From Camelus ferus (Eukaryota), in NCBI RefSeq assembly GCF_009834535.1, contig NC_045696.1, positions 36,582,001 to 36,646,000 of the forward strand: a stretch of 64,000 nt of DNA, read 5' to 3'. The notes under the pieces were generated by a model that saw only the letters and a list, made by a program, of their open reading frames with translations, searched no databases and was not told the origin of the DNA. Both the position numbers and the translations under genes were made by a program. Shown here piece after piece: positions 1-12,865 of the stretch. Each line of letters begins with the position of its first letter. Position 1 is the first letter of the stretch.

Positions 1-335
1 TGAGTCTGTTTCTGTTTTGTAAATAAGTTCATTTGTGTCTTTTTTTTTGGATTCCACACATAAGTGATATCATATGGTATTTTTCTTTCTCTTTCTGGCT
101 TACTTCACTTAGAATGATGACCTCCAGGTCCATCCATGTTGCTGCAAATGGCATTATTTTGTTCTTTTTAATGAATGAGTAGTATATATATGTATGATTA
201 CTACTATACTATATATATATACACCACAACTTTTTTATCCAGTTATCTTTCAAGGGACATTTAGATTTTTCCATATCCTAGCTATTGTAAATAGTGCTGC
301 TATGTACACTTGGGTGCAGGTGTCTTCTCGAATTA
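1..335 (-). mobile_element. L1 LINE 3' UTR / ORF2-end fragment (young, camelid-type), cut by window edge
   Basis: Contains ctggcttacttcacttagaatga, catccatgttgctgcaaatggc and gctattgtaaatagtgctgctatg; closely similar to copies at 46135 and 53326. Confidence 0.9.
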
Positions 336-783
336 TCCTCTTAATTATTGGTTTGAATTCTCTACTTACCATCACTTGTTAATTGCTCCTAAAACTTAAA
401 CTTTGCCTTGTTTATCCTGGTTGGGTTTATGTTTTCCTCATCACTTATTTATCACATTTCTTGGATAATTCAGGCCATTTTTTTTTTACAAGATCATAAA
501 TCCAAGACCAGAAGTGATACTTTCCTATGTTAGAATCAACTTTGGAATTACTGCAAAATAATTTTATCTCCATTTGCCCCATGATTCTCATGACCCTTAA
601 CTTTTAGCTGTTTCCCTAACTTGCACAGATCTTAAAGATATTTCAAAATTTAACTTTGGAAACAGCTTGCTTATTATTTTTCACAAGTAATCATAATACA
701 TTGAAAAACCAGTAATAGGTGGGAAGTTAGTTGTTATATAATATTTTTAAGCTGTAGATTAATAGTAAAATTATTTTTAAGAT

Positions 784-985
784 GGTGGTTTTCAGTCAGG
801 AGCAATTCTGTCCCCCAGGGGCTGACAGTCTGTGGAGATATTGTTTTGATTGTCAAAATTAGGAGGAGCTACTGGCATCTAGTGAGTAGAGGCCAGGGAT
901 GCTGCCACACATCCTACCATGCACAGGACAGCCTCAATGACAAAAATTATTCCAGCTCAAAATACCAGCTGTGCTGTGGTTGAAC
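784..985 (+). mobile_element. MER20 hAT-Charlie DNA transposon
   Basis: ctactggcatctagtgagtagaggccagggatgctgccacacatcctaccatgcacaggacagcc matches recalled MER20 consensus. Confidence 0.9.
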
Positions 986-1424
986 TTCAGATAATTCCTA
1001 GAAAAAGCTATATTGTTGAATCTTTAATGTATGCTTAAAAGCCATGGTACTATAATTTTTATCTAGGGAAAAGATAATTTAAAAGCATTTATGCTTTGGG
1101 TCTTATTTCTTTTACACATTAATGTATTCCTTGTAAAGCTCGAAATTCAGTAAATTCAGTGTTTTCCCTTCCAAAACGTTCAGCTACTTACAACCATGAG
1201 TGCTTCCCTTAAGTGCAAGTGAAGCTGTCTTCTCAAGGTTATGCCAGATTTAGTTATTAAGAAAATGAATACACTGCAGACTAAGTATGTTCCCATTTCA
1301 AAGTAAATTACACATTTAAAGGATACTGCATCAATTTTCTAAATATGTTTCTCCTGTACAAATCAAAATTCTGTTTCTGTGTTCACCATGTAGTTTCACC
1401 CTAATACCTAGGCTTGATTTCTAG

Positions 1425-1468
1425 ATTTGCAAGGGAATGCAAATGAATGTGAACACTCATGCTCCCTG
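1425..1468 (+). other. Candidate 44-nt exon
   Basis: Branch-like ccctaat, acceptor gatttctag, donor CTG|gtaagt; ends ATG CTC CCT G. Confidence 0.3.
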
Positions 1469-2033
1469 GTAAGTGTATGAGGTGCCGATATATATATCTC
1501 TGTATATTTGTGTAGAGTTTATGCATGTATCACTTCTAACCTTTACTGGAACCTAACCTGGTGCCTTTCAACAAATGACATGATATTGTGAGAAATACTT
1601 AGCTCACATCTATACTATTATAAGGAAAATATTTTATTGTTGAATGTGTCCACATGTATGTTATGACATTGTGACATATAGCCTTAATTTCTTAATTAAT
1701 TTTCTTAATGAATAAAGGAGGGTGAAACTATCCTTTAGAAGCCTTCTCTGGCTCCTCCAGTCTGGAGTACACCCATAGTCCTTGAGGTATTCTGCTATTA
1801 ATCCACTCCCCAGGTTGTTTCAAAATGTCTGTTTCCGTGTTGTCTCTCACAAGTGCCTGCCAGTTTTTCTTTCTACCCTGGGTCTGTGACATTGCCTGAC
1901 ATAAAGAAAAAACCTTGTTGTTTGTTGACTTAAAATGCAATATGATAGTTTCTAAAACCAGACGTAAGCTCAATGTTAATGACAAGCCTTGTTTCTTTTT
2001 ATTTGTTGTTGATTTAAGTCTGTGTTGTTTCAG

Positions 2034-2039
2034 AGCAAC
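2034..2039 (+). other. Candidate 6-nt microexon AGCAAC
   Basis: T-rich tract ending tgtgttgtttcag|AGCAAC|gtaagt. Confidence 0.4.
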
Positions 2040-2059
2040 GTAAGTATGTGATCATAAGA

Positions 2060-2625
2060 GTTAGAGATGTACGCCTTCTGTGTTCCTAAAGGAATCCCAC
2101 TTTTGTTCAGATAGTCGTCCAGCCCCTACAGCCCACATGACTCAAGTGAACTGGCCACATCTGCAGCTGCAGGGCCATGTGATGGTTAGTCTAGTAGGCT
2201 AATCTCAGGAAATTCACCCTTCTTTCCAGAGAATGATTTTGGGAATCCATAATTAAACCCCAAACACTTGGGACTTTAGGTGGGCTGCTTCTTAATTCAG
2301 GGGAGTCAGCCTGTTCAGATAGGAAGAAAAGATACCTACCCGTCACTGGGAGACAATGTTTTTCCTGTCTTCCTCACTACACATGAAAAAAGAAGTATGC
2401 TGCCACAGCTGATGCAGGCAGTCATCTTGCTACCATGGAGAAGGGCTTTCTAATAATAGAGTTGACACGTACACGAGGGAAGAGCAAAGAAACAGCTGGA
2501 GCTGAGAACATACCACACCTGCAAACTGTCCCACTTTGATTTACATTATGTGAGAGATTGTCTTTCTGTATTTTTTAAAGACTGTTGGAGCAGTGCTTTC
2601 TATTACTTACAGCCTAAGTAATAGA
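2060..2625 (+). mobile_element. MLT1-type (MaLR) solo LTR, old
   Basis: gcagtcatcttgctaccatgg and 3' end ttctattacttacagcctaag resemble MLT1. Confidence 0.6.
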
Positions 2626-2979
2626 ATGTTAGAAAGAACCAATCTCCTTCTTTTTTAGAAAAAAAAAATCATTCATATCTGTTGACGTTTTTTCCTTGTA
2701 ATTTAGGCTATAATCACTCATAATACATTCAGCTATTCTTTCTACTTACTCATGCTGCACCTCAAAATTCCTATTCGTATCTTTTCTCTTACCTTAAAGC
2801 CTGCTGACAGTTGTCTTTGGCTCTCAACATTTCCCAAATGACTCATCAAGACTTCTCAAGAACAAATGAGTACCCTCTCTGAGAGAAATTCCAGTGCCAG
2901 TTATTAAGATGTAAGGATTTTCACATTTCTCAGTCTTCCCATTCATCACCCAGGATGCAGGAGATTACAGAATTGTGGA

Positions 2980-3455
2980 GGCAGTAAAACACAGTGGTTA
3001 GGAGCTCAGATCTGGAGTTAGTCTGTTTTCAAAAGTTGACCTCACTACTTAGTGACCTTGGGCAAATTATGTAACCTAAGCTAAACCTCAATTTCCTCAT
3101 GTGGAAGAGGGGTAGGCAAACAATGGCCCACTGGAAATCCAGCCTGCTGCCCCCTCACTTTTTTGGTAAATAAAGTTTTATTGGAATACAGGTACACTTA
3201 TTTGATTGTGTATTGTCTCTGCAGCTTTTGCATCACAATAGCAGCTGAATAGCTGTGACAGACTGCAAGGCTGGCAAAGTTTAAAGTATTTACTGTTTGT
3301 CCCTTTACCAAAAATGTTGGCTAACTCCTGGTCTACAAAATTATAGTATTAATAAAAAACGTCTAGCTCATAGGATTTTTGTGAGGCTTATCCACATAGA
3401 GCAGGGCAGCTGGCATATATAAACCTTCAACAGATATTAACTGTCATTATTGTTG
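2980..3455 (+). mobile_element. MIR SINE split by MER58A
   Basis: gtgaccttgggcaaattat...cctcaatttcctcat, resuming after 3330 with ctcataggatttttgtgagg. Confidence 0.75.
3107..3330 (+). mobile_element. MER58A hAT DNA transposon
   Basis: ggggtaggcaaac...gtaaataaagttttattggaa...ccctttaccaaaaatgttggctaactcctg; degenerate 8-bp TSD atgtggaa/gtctacaa. Confidence 0.85.
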
Positions 3456-5919
3456 TTAATAACATTAATGTTCAAGAACAGGTCAGTGCCTGCAGATCAA
3501 AGTTATTTGAACAAAAAACCTCAGCACGTTTTGCATTTGAGGGGAATGACTGCCATGAGGACACATGTTGTAGTTTCACTGAACAATATTTGTTAGCAGG
3601 GTGAAGAAAACAATATTTCTAGAGTCAGTCCCCCAGATGAGGAATAAATATAATTAGAAGGCTGCATAAATATGTTTATACCACCCCAGTGAGACTAAGA
3701 TAGTTTAAATCTTATTTTTCATCCAGAGGAAATAAATGTTATTTTAAAAATCATGACTCATTGCTATTGTTAATTCAATAATAACAATTGTGTATGGTGC
3801 TGCTTTAGAGGAGAGTATATCATAGTGTTTGGCCAGACAGTGCAACAATTAATAGAATCCCCGTTTCCCCTAAGAGGTTTATTTGTCATGTCAAAGTTAC
3901 TCTGGTCTGGTGCAACACAGATGGTGTTGTGACAGCACAAAATGATGAGTGCCACATTGTTCCTTCTAATGATCTACTTCTGCTCAATTCATCTTGTTTT
4001 GCAGCCTTGGATCTCTGCTACATGATTGTTTTGAAAATTGGGGGAATCAAGTAGGGGAAGTCAAAGAAGATGCTAAATACTTTTGTTACTTTTCTGATTG
4101 GTATGTGGGTTCAGAAAGTACTGAAACATAATATAGATATGAAAAGAAACCCGCCAGCTTTGTCCCATAAAAAAAAATACCCTAACATTTACTTTTGTCA
4201 AAAACAGTAGAAGGTATCATAGTTTTATACAAAATAAATTCTGCTAAAATAATTTAATCCTCTCTTTGACATAGTGCTGGGTATGGTAGATAAAGAAAAG
4301 CTTTACTCATATCAAAAAAAGGATACATGGTTGAATCGTGATTTTCTTAATTCACTGTTGAAAGGACAGAAAACTTAATTAGACAGTCAGTGAAAGGATT
4401 AATGAAAATAGTGTAGGTGGCAATAAGGAAAACAAGTTCAAATAATGAAGACTATTAAATTAAAAAATTGACTAATTTACCATTAACATATATTTTGATT
4501 AAAGTTGATGGTGTTGACAGAGTAGGAATAAAACAAAGTTATATTCAATGTACCCTTCTCTTTCACTGTGTGGCTTTGTATTTTTTTTTTTTTTTTGCCC
4601 TTCTGTAATTTCTGCTTGTTTAGATACTGAAATAAATGCCAAATGGAAGTTTCCTTCATCCTGTAAATCTACTCTGAATAATGGGAATAATGGTAAAAAG
4701 TTACGGACAGATCTTCTCAACTAAAACTCTTAAGGCCATTCAGCATATATGTAAATAATGAATAATAATAAATTATGTGAATGACAATCAATTATATAAA
4801 TAATGAGTTTTAGATTATGTTTCAGCATTTTAAAAATATTTTAAATTGATAATTATATCAACTTTATATTCATGAGAAAGATGATGACCTTTTACCAAGA
4901 TATACCTATTAATTTTGATAATGGTTAGGTTGAGCCATAGATTAGATTCCTCATCCAATTTTTACTCTGTATTTTTAACTGAAATAGAAAATCTTATCTC
5001 ACAGTAAGTTCATTATGAGGCTCTAAGTGTTAGATTCAGGGATATTTAAATTAAATTTCCTTCTCAGTCAAGGAAGCTTTTCCATTCAGAAGTCAGATCC
5101 ATTAATTCCTGATGCGTTTTTTATTTACTTTCAACTGTGGAACATCTGTTCTGTTGTTGTATTTGGATATTGTTTGTAAATATGCTCAAAACATTAAAAA
5201 AATCTTTCTCTTTCCAGTCAATGAGGAAAAAAAGCAAATGCTAAGAAAGAGTGAAACTCTTTCTCATAGAAATCTCCTGTTTCAATCTCATAGAAATTTT
5301 CCTGTTTTGTTTTTGTCTTCAGCAATAAAAATTGTGGTATTTTGATGCTAAATTGGTGGCTTTCAGCTCTTTAAGATATTGAGCACATCACTGAGATGTG
5401 GCACTAAAGCAAGCCATGTGTAATCATTTAAGTGGTTTTCCCAGGCATTATTGTTGTCATGAAATGTTTTTCATCTTATACCCTATTTTGAACTGTTTAA
5501 TAAATTTTTCTTGTCTACCAGTATACCTCGATGTGGACAGTTGGTTATGTATTTACTGCCAATTTCTTCATGCAATATGCTGAAAGACATATATTCTCAG
5601 TAGGTGAAATGTGATCATAATGAAAGTTTTCACAATTTTTTTCCAATGTGCTGAATTAGTATTCAGGTATAACTTAAAAAAAAATTGTTGAGTAGTGCTT
5701 TTCCTCTTTAGACACAAAAATGCTGCTCTGTTAAGATTAATCCAAGCATATATTTTCTAGTTTACACTACAAAATAAAAATATTATACCCTGAGGCACAT
5801 TTTTCAGTAATAAACCATACAAAAAGACATCAGGCACCTCTCCCTTATACTGCATGTAGCAAAAGCTTATTCACATGCTTTGCATGTGCATGGTTTTGCC
5901 TACTGCAAAATGAAATATA

Positions 5920-6185
5920 GTAATCACTTTTCTACATTATATGCCATGGATATGTGTGTACAACTTTTAGGTTGTACCTTAAAAGGTAAACACTCTCTTC
6001 TCTTTGGGCAAAGGGGAGTATTAGAATGGACTGCTGGGACTTAGAGATGGAATGGTGTGATAAGAAAGGTAGTGGCCTCCTTCTAAGCCCTGGATTCTGT
6101 GTAACTGAGAAATAAACTTTGATCTTGTTAATCAATTTTATTTATGTCTCTTACAGTAGCTTAGCTGTGCTCTACTTAATACAAA
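5920..6185 (+). mobile_element. MLT1-type LTR fragment
   Basis: ctgagaaataaactttgatcttgttaa...cttaataca resembles a MaLR LTR 3' end. Confidence 0.5.
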
Positions 6186-6259
6186 CAACAAATCTCCTGA
6201 CTGAAATCAATTTACATCAATAGCAATGAATCTAACTGTATCTACATTCATCATCATTA

Positions 6260-6425
6260 GAGAAAACTTAATATCTTTTAGTCTCAGCTTTTTCATCTGT
6301 AAAATATGGATGCTAACACCTCCTTCCCATGGTTGTTTTGAGGATTAAATGATATAAAATACATAAAATGCTTTAGCATAGTTTGTAGTGCTGTGAGTAA
6401 GTATTCAATAAATTTTAACTGTTAC
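6260..6425 (+). mobile_element. MIR SINE
   Basis: tctcagctttttcatctgtaaaat...ggttgttttgaggattaaatga core. Confidence 0.8.
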
Positions 6426-7254
6426 CGTTGAATTTGCTATTTAGGTACTTCGGATCGTGACTAAATTAATCATTAATTTATATTCTTGTGACTAGAGATT
6501 GTATTTAATGAAGTAAATTTCTGATAACTGCCTTGTTGCTTTAGCGCATTTAATGCTGGGATGTACGTTGACCTGGTTCCTAGCCGGTCCAGTAGAGATG
6601 TCTCCAAGTAGCTATTTCACTCCCCAGCCAGAGAGCGTGAGTCCCTTAGCTCTTTCAGTTTACTTCTGGTCTCTCCATGTTTTATGTATTAAATAAAGTA
6701 ATTGTTGTAAATTGATTGGCATACAGTTAGTACTCAATAAACTATTATTATTATCTTTTTGCAGTTAGTATTTATCCTTCACTTTAGTCATAAAAAAAGA
6801 TTCAAAGGTGTTAGGTGACTAATTCAAAGTTTCTTCCTTCTGTGATGTATTTTTTTTACCCTTGGTGAAAGGAGAGAAAATGGAACTATTTTAAGCAATA
6901 GGGATTTGTTGAAAGGACTTTATGGCTAACAGAGCCAGTGGCCTAGCTGAGCACTCATGTCTGGGGAAGGTTAGAAAACAGACATTCTGGGTGATTTGAT
7001 GGCTAGCAACAAAGACCCTAATGCCATCATACTTTCTATCTCCCTCTCTTTCAGGAAAAGTACATATCCTAGAGTTGTCAAAGATCCAGTTTCTCGGTAT
7101 TAGAAAATGTTTACATACTCCGGGAAAACTCCAGTCATGTAGCTATTTCATAAATACAAATAAATATTTTATAATTATTTTCATGTGATGATGTGGCTTG
7201 ATGTACTTTAGTATTCTCACGGATTTTTCTTACCTCTTTGCTTTATCTAACTAG

Positions 7255-7290
7255 ACAAATTCATTGTAGAACAGATTATGAAATGGGAAT
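7255..7290 (+). other. Candidate 36-nt exon (phase 1: xKFIVEQIMKWE; phase 2: QIHCRTDYEMG)
   Basis: ~42-nt AG-free pyrimidine tract ending atctaactag; donor AAT|gtaagt; length divisible by 3. Confidence 0.4.
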
Positions 7291-7639
7291 GTAAGTCTTA
7301 CTTCACATAAGTTAGAGCCAATATTTCCCACAGCATGGAAAACCAATCACACTATTGTAAAATTTTTAATTATTTACCAGTTACAAGAACTGAGTATGCT
7401 TCCTGGCACCTGTAAAATAGCGTTGAATTTTTTTAAAGCAATTAACTTTGTCCATAAATCATTTTTTAAAGCATATTGTCATACTGTTTTTGAAAGATTT
7501 GAACTTTTGGGCAGTTTTCTATTAAAGATTTGCTGAATTAATTACAATTAAAAACTAATTTGGATTTTAAATTCCTCGGGGAAGGCTTTGATCAATATTT
7601 TCATATAAAAGTGTCATTCATTATTTACATTAAAATATG

Positions 7640-7860
7640 CACAGTGGCTAGGAGCTGGCCTCTAGAACTAAATGCCAGGGTTTGAATCCTGATTTTGCCG
7701 CATACTGGGTTTGTGACCGGGGAAATGACTGACACTCTCTGAGCCACATTTCCTAACTGTAAATCAGAATACTAAGTATAGCTACCTTGTAGGGTTGTTG
7801 TGAGCATTAAATGAGTTAGTATGTATAAGTCCATAAAATAACAATTACTGATATGATTGT
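7640..7860 (+). mobile_element. MIR SINE
   Basis: gggtttgaatcctg...ctctctgagccacatttcctaactgtaaa...agggttgttgtgagcattaaatgag. Confidence 0.85.
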
Positions 7861-8354
7861 TATTTTATGGAAATATAATTAAAAAAATAATTTTGCCTTG
7901 TATATACAAGATACTTTAAGTATCAAGAAAACTAACTTAATAGTAATTCTTGAATCTGAAACTTAATGTCTTCTGAAATTTTGAAAAATATTTGACCTGA
8001 ACCTTTCTAGTATAGTTCTTTGGACTCTGGTTGCACATGCATTAGATCTTTTCAGCATATTTTCTATTTCTTCTATGATCTTTTTTGTATACTCCATCAT
8101 TTTCTCTTTATACTTCATTGTAAATATTTTCTACTGGCCTACTTGCTAGCTGACTAATCTTCACTTCAGCTACATCTATCTACTTTGCTGTTAAATCAGT
8201 TTGAGTTCTTAATTTCAGTTATTGAAATTTTAATTTGAGAATTTTCATTTGGTTCTTTAATATAGACTCTAAATTTCTGCTTATTTTCCAGCTTGCATTT
8301 TCTTAAATATGTTAATAACACATATTTTAAATTCCATAGTTAATAATTCCAATA

Positions 8355-9013
8355 CAGGTATCTACCACTTTTGGGAAGTTTACACGACTTCACCTTTATA
8401 AAAGATCTAGATTAGTACCACCTCTTTTTCTAAGCAAAAGAAATCTGAAGGGACTTTTGCTTTTACAAAAAAAAAAAAAAAAGTGAAAATAGTATTCAGC
8501 ATTTGTTTTGCCATTATAAAAACAGCATGCATCCTTAGCAGTGAGAGTGGCATGGGGAACTACACTCAGTTCCTCATATTCTTTTTCACCGTGAGCTACT
8601 ACAAGATCTTGAATTTATTTCCCTGTACCATACAGCATAAACTTGTTTATCTATTTTATATCTATGTGTCAGTATCTGCAAATCTTGAATTCCCAGTTTA
8701 TCCCTTCCCACTCTCCTCCCTGCTGGCAACTACAAGTTTGTATTCTATGTCTGAGTCTGTTTCTGTTTCATCTATAAATTCATTTGTCGTCTTCTTCTTT
8801 TTTTTAGATTCCACATATGAATGATATAATATGGTATTTTCCTTTCTCTTTCTGGCTTACTTCGCTTGGAATGCTCTGTGCTTTCTCTTGATTTTATTTT
8901 GTGCATCCATTAGCAAGATGTGTCCTAAGGTAACTGCTTCTTTGCTTTATGTCATTTTGGTTTATGAAAGGTTTCACTGGAATTCTCTACTTTTGGATGG
9001 TGGGAGAAACCTG
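8355..9013 (+). mobile_element. Tigger2-type (TcMar) non-autonomous DNA transposon carrying an internal L1 piece
   Basis: Termini TA|caggtatc ... gaaacctg|TA (TIR plus TA TSD); internal ttagcaagatgtgtcctaaggta. Confidence 0.8.
8570..8872 (-). mobile_element. Young L1 3' UTR fragment lacking terminal segment and poly(A)
   Basis: ctactacaagatcttgaa...tttagattccacatatga...ctggcttacttc; homologous to ~46225-46528. Confidence 0.85.
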
Positions 9014-12000
9014 TATGTGGATCTTCTGTGGGCATGTTTCTATTGTCTCTTTTTTCTTTTGCTTTTTAGTATGTTGGTCTTATTGTCTGATATGCTAGGT
9101 AATTTTCGGTTAAATGATGGACATTGTAATTAATAAGTTTTGGTGCTCTTTATGGCTCTGGATGATCTTATCTTCCTCTAGGGAGGACTCGTTGCTACTG
9201 GCAAACTATTAAAGAAGATGCAGATAATCTTACTTCAGTTTTTCTAAAGGTAGAACTACTTTTAATTTGCTCTACAGTAGAGCCACTCAGAGATCCCATC
9301 AGGAATCTTGGGGCATTTACATTGTGAGCCACCTTGGTGCTTGCTGAACCTGCTTCAGTGCTATTCACCCTCCCATGATATTACCGCAGTCTCCTTAGTT
9401 TCTCAGCCTCTGCTTTCTGCTCCCCTGCAGCTTTGAACATAGGCCACAGCTTAGGAATCAGCAAATGCTTATTGGGGAAAAGCAGGTCAAATACCAGGTT
9501 TTCATCCTTCTTTTTTCCTCTGGGATTTTGGCCCTCAAATTCTTTTGCTATGGTGGCTCTCTAGTGTCTTCAAACAAATTTTAAAACATTATATTTAACT
9601 TTTCCATGTTCTCAGTGGGAAGGTTGGTATAAAGATACTCAATGTCCTGGTCATGTGTAGAAAAGCTAATAATCATTCATTGCTGAGGAATTTGTTTGGC
9701 TGCCTTTTATATTGTCAGATTCCTCTTTTACTTGTAAAAGCTTTGTGAAAATTTCCCAAATATCTCTTTTTTACATGTGCACATAGACTTTCATTTTCAT
9801 CTTCCTTTCTCTGACTTCTAGTTTTCTATTTCAGGAAAATCATCTCTAGTAGCTGTTTCATATGCAAGTTCTAATTGTTAAAAGTTAATGTAGTGATAGT
9901 ATTAAAAATATAGCAATGGAGAAAAAAAAATCCTATAAGTCTTAGTATGCAAAGAGACATCAAAATGAAACTCACCATCAAATAAAGCCTCTTTAAAATT
10001 CCCTAATATTCCCAATCTAAGTCTCCACAAGTCAGAATCCTTGTTTATCTCTCCTTCTTAAAGTTTTTTTTTTTACAGATATATTCAATAAAAAAAGTTT
10101 ATGGTAGAATTATAAGAGCAAAGATTTATTAAATAAAATATCGTTTAAGGTATGGAATCAGAATTTTGTTACATCTCTCTCTTTTCCTCCTACTCAATTA
10201 TTTGGTGCATACTTTTGACCCTAGTAGAAGAAGGAATCTGTTGTTGCCTTTGAAGATCAAGATCGCCTTTTCTCTTTCAAATTGTCCAAAAAAATAAGGT
10301 ACTTACTTATTCAGTCAAAAGTAGTCAGTACTGTTTTCAAATGTCAGGTGGCCCTTTGCTTCTAACATGGTTGAAAACTTAAACATACTAGATGAACACA
10401 ACCTTGTCCACTCTGGGATGAAAAACCTGGTGGCTCAGATCACTGCACTGGTCCCAGTAGTTGCACCCTGTTGGGTTTTGAAGATTATGGCATTTTTAAC
10501 TTAAACCCTTTCACTAAGGCATTGTTTTCATTGACCATCTTATGAGAGGCAATAGAATTGACCTTTTAAAATCAACTTTGTAGCCTTAGGTGACGAGCCT
10601 GATTCCCTGGTCCTAACTTCTCCTTTCTTCTATTGTGGTTCCTTTTGGAGCCTGTGTTTCTTTTCCCCATTAGCAGTCCTCTCTTGAGACCATCTCCATC
10701 CATCAGAGCTAATATTAAATTGGAAATTAAGATGTGATTCCCTTTCTCAAAGTCTCCTTGACCCCCAAATAAATTTTCCTCAGGAACCGAATCTGAATCA
10801 AAATGTTTGCAAGAGGCAGGTTTTGTCAGGCCACACGGGGTTTTGTGCTACACTTCCCTAGGGAAATAGTTACTTGTATTATTAATTGTTTAATATAGAG
10901 GCTAATAAGGTATTTAAGAGTTAAAAAGATCTTCTGTAAAGTGATTTTATTTTCATCTTATGTAAAACTAATTTAGGAGGTTTTCTTGTTCAAAAAATGA
11001 TTTTCAGCTTTACCTGACCTAAAACATTTTAGGATATTTCATTGTGGAAGAGAGATGACATATACACAAATAACATACACAGATATGTACACAAATATAA
11101 GTCAGTATGGGAAAAATATTCTAAAAGTCATAAAACAAATATATTCTAGAAATATAGAATATAAAGTAGTTACTCTCTACAACTCCTTTTAAAAAATGCA
11201 AAAGGCACTAATTAGCAAAAATCCTTTACTTGGAAATTAGGATTTCATGAGCCAGTTTGGAAATGTGATCATTATATATGCAGAATCAACATATTAATGC
11301 ATTCCAAATCACTGATGTATAAATAGACTTCAGTCCTGATCCCTTATAAACTGGGGATTGCATGTGTTTCTGCTATCTTTTTGTGGGGGGTCCTTTTTCA
11401 TGTTTTGCCTTGGAAAATGTTTAAGTTTGAATCAATGAGTGTGAGAGAATTTGATAGTTTAAAGAAGGCAAAAAGAGTTCTGATATATGAATCACTTAAT
11501 TTTGTGGGAGTAACATCGTAGGATTGAAGGTTTTACTTAATTTACACTCGTTTAGGAATTCATCTGTCAGGGAAGGTGTGGTACACCTGCTTTGGGTTAA
11601 GGATCAGAAATAGTTATAGTACACCAGTTAGATTCCTGCCAATGCTCATCCCCCCCTTTCTTTCATGTGTTTCTACTTTCGATGGAAGTAGTTTCTGATC
11701 CAGGATGGCTATTTATAATGGATTGCATTTATTTCTCAGTGTCTTACTTCTTATTATAGAGAACATCATTGGAAAGACATCATACTTTCATAGATGACTA
11801 ATCTGTGTAAGATAGATCACCCATTGCTTCATAAGTAACATCTGGCATCAAAGATAATTCCATTGACTTGAAATCTCATAAAATGTAACATCATTAGATT
11901 GAAGAAAAGTCTGTCATTCTCTCTGGTTATAATGAACCATTCCAACCAGAAAGTCACATAAAGGTGCTTTATAATTTCCCCTAAAGATCTATAAAGTGGC

Positions 12001-12865
12001 AAACACATTTTCTGGAGCTATCCTGGAAATTTGCTTCCCCATGAAAGAACAATTAGAAAAAAGGTGTAATTCTGAGGCACAAATCATACTTTACTGAGTA
12101 GCTTCTAATTTGCTAATACTTGTTTTGCTGATTTATAACCACATGTACTAACAGAGGAGACAATTGATTTCTAATGAAAAATATGTTTCCGTAGTCAATG
12201 TAGCCCATAAACATTATCACTTTCCCTCCAGATAATAAACTTAAGTGAAAAAATTGTATACAGAATTACATCATTGGTAGGTTTAAATTGATGAGAAAGT
12301 CTTACTGTTTTCTGGGAATAAATCAAGAAGTCATTTTTTTCTTCCAATCTGTGATGATGTCAAGTCAATGCTGGGAACTTTACTGAGTTAATATTAGGTA
12401 ATTGTAGTTTTAATCAAAAAAGGCTAAGTATTACATTAATTAAAAACAATAATAATAGGTCTCTAAATTATTGTAAAAATAATAGAATACAAATCATGAA
12501 TAATTTCTTTAAAGAAACTTCCTTGATACAAAGTTTCAATTCAAAAATTAGATATTTTCAAAAGCTTAATTTGTTATAATACTGATTGCTTTATTATCTT
12601 TGAAAAGTTTTGCTCACACTACCTTTCCTATGGCAAAATGAAAAAAAAATCTTTACACATTCTCAGTGAAAATAACATTTCACAGTAATTAAAAATAATA
12701 TATACTGAAGATGATAAGGCTAGTATAAATTAATGTTTAATATACTCTTCTCATTTAAAGTATATAAATTCAAGAATTCAATAAGTTGAAAAATCTATAA
12801 ATGATAATATAGTATTAATATACACATAATATATTTTGAAAGCATCTTCTGTTTTTAACATATAT

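Larger units (their letters stand above)
8000..9640 (-). mobile_element. Ancient L1 (L1M-type 5'/ORF1 region), interrupted at 8355-9013
   Basis: cttcagctacatctatc...gagttcttaatttcagttattg...tttcatttggttc resembles old L1 ORF1 in antisense. Confidence 0.55.

Noticed and set aside
4988..5003. 16-nt microexon candidate with gtaagt donor
   Set aside because: Purine-rich, weak acceptor (gaaatag); not distinguishable from chance
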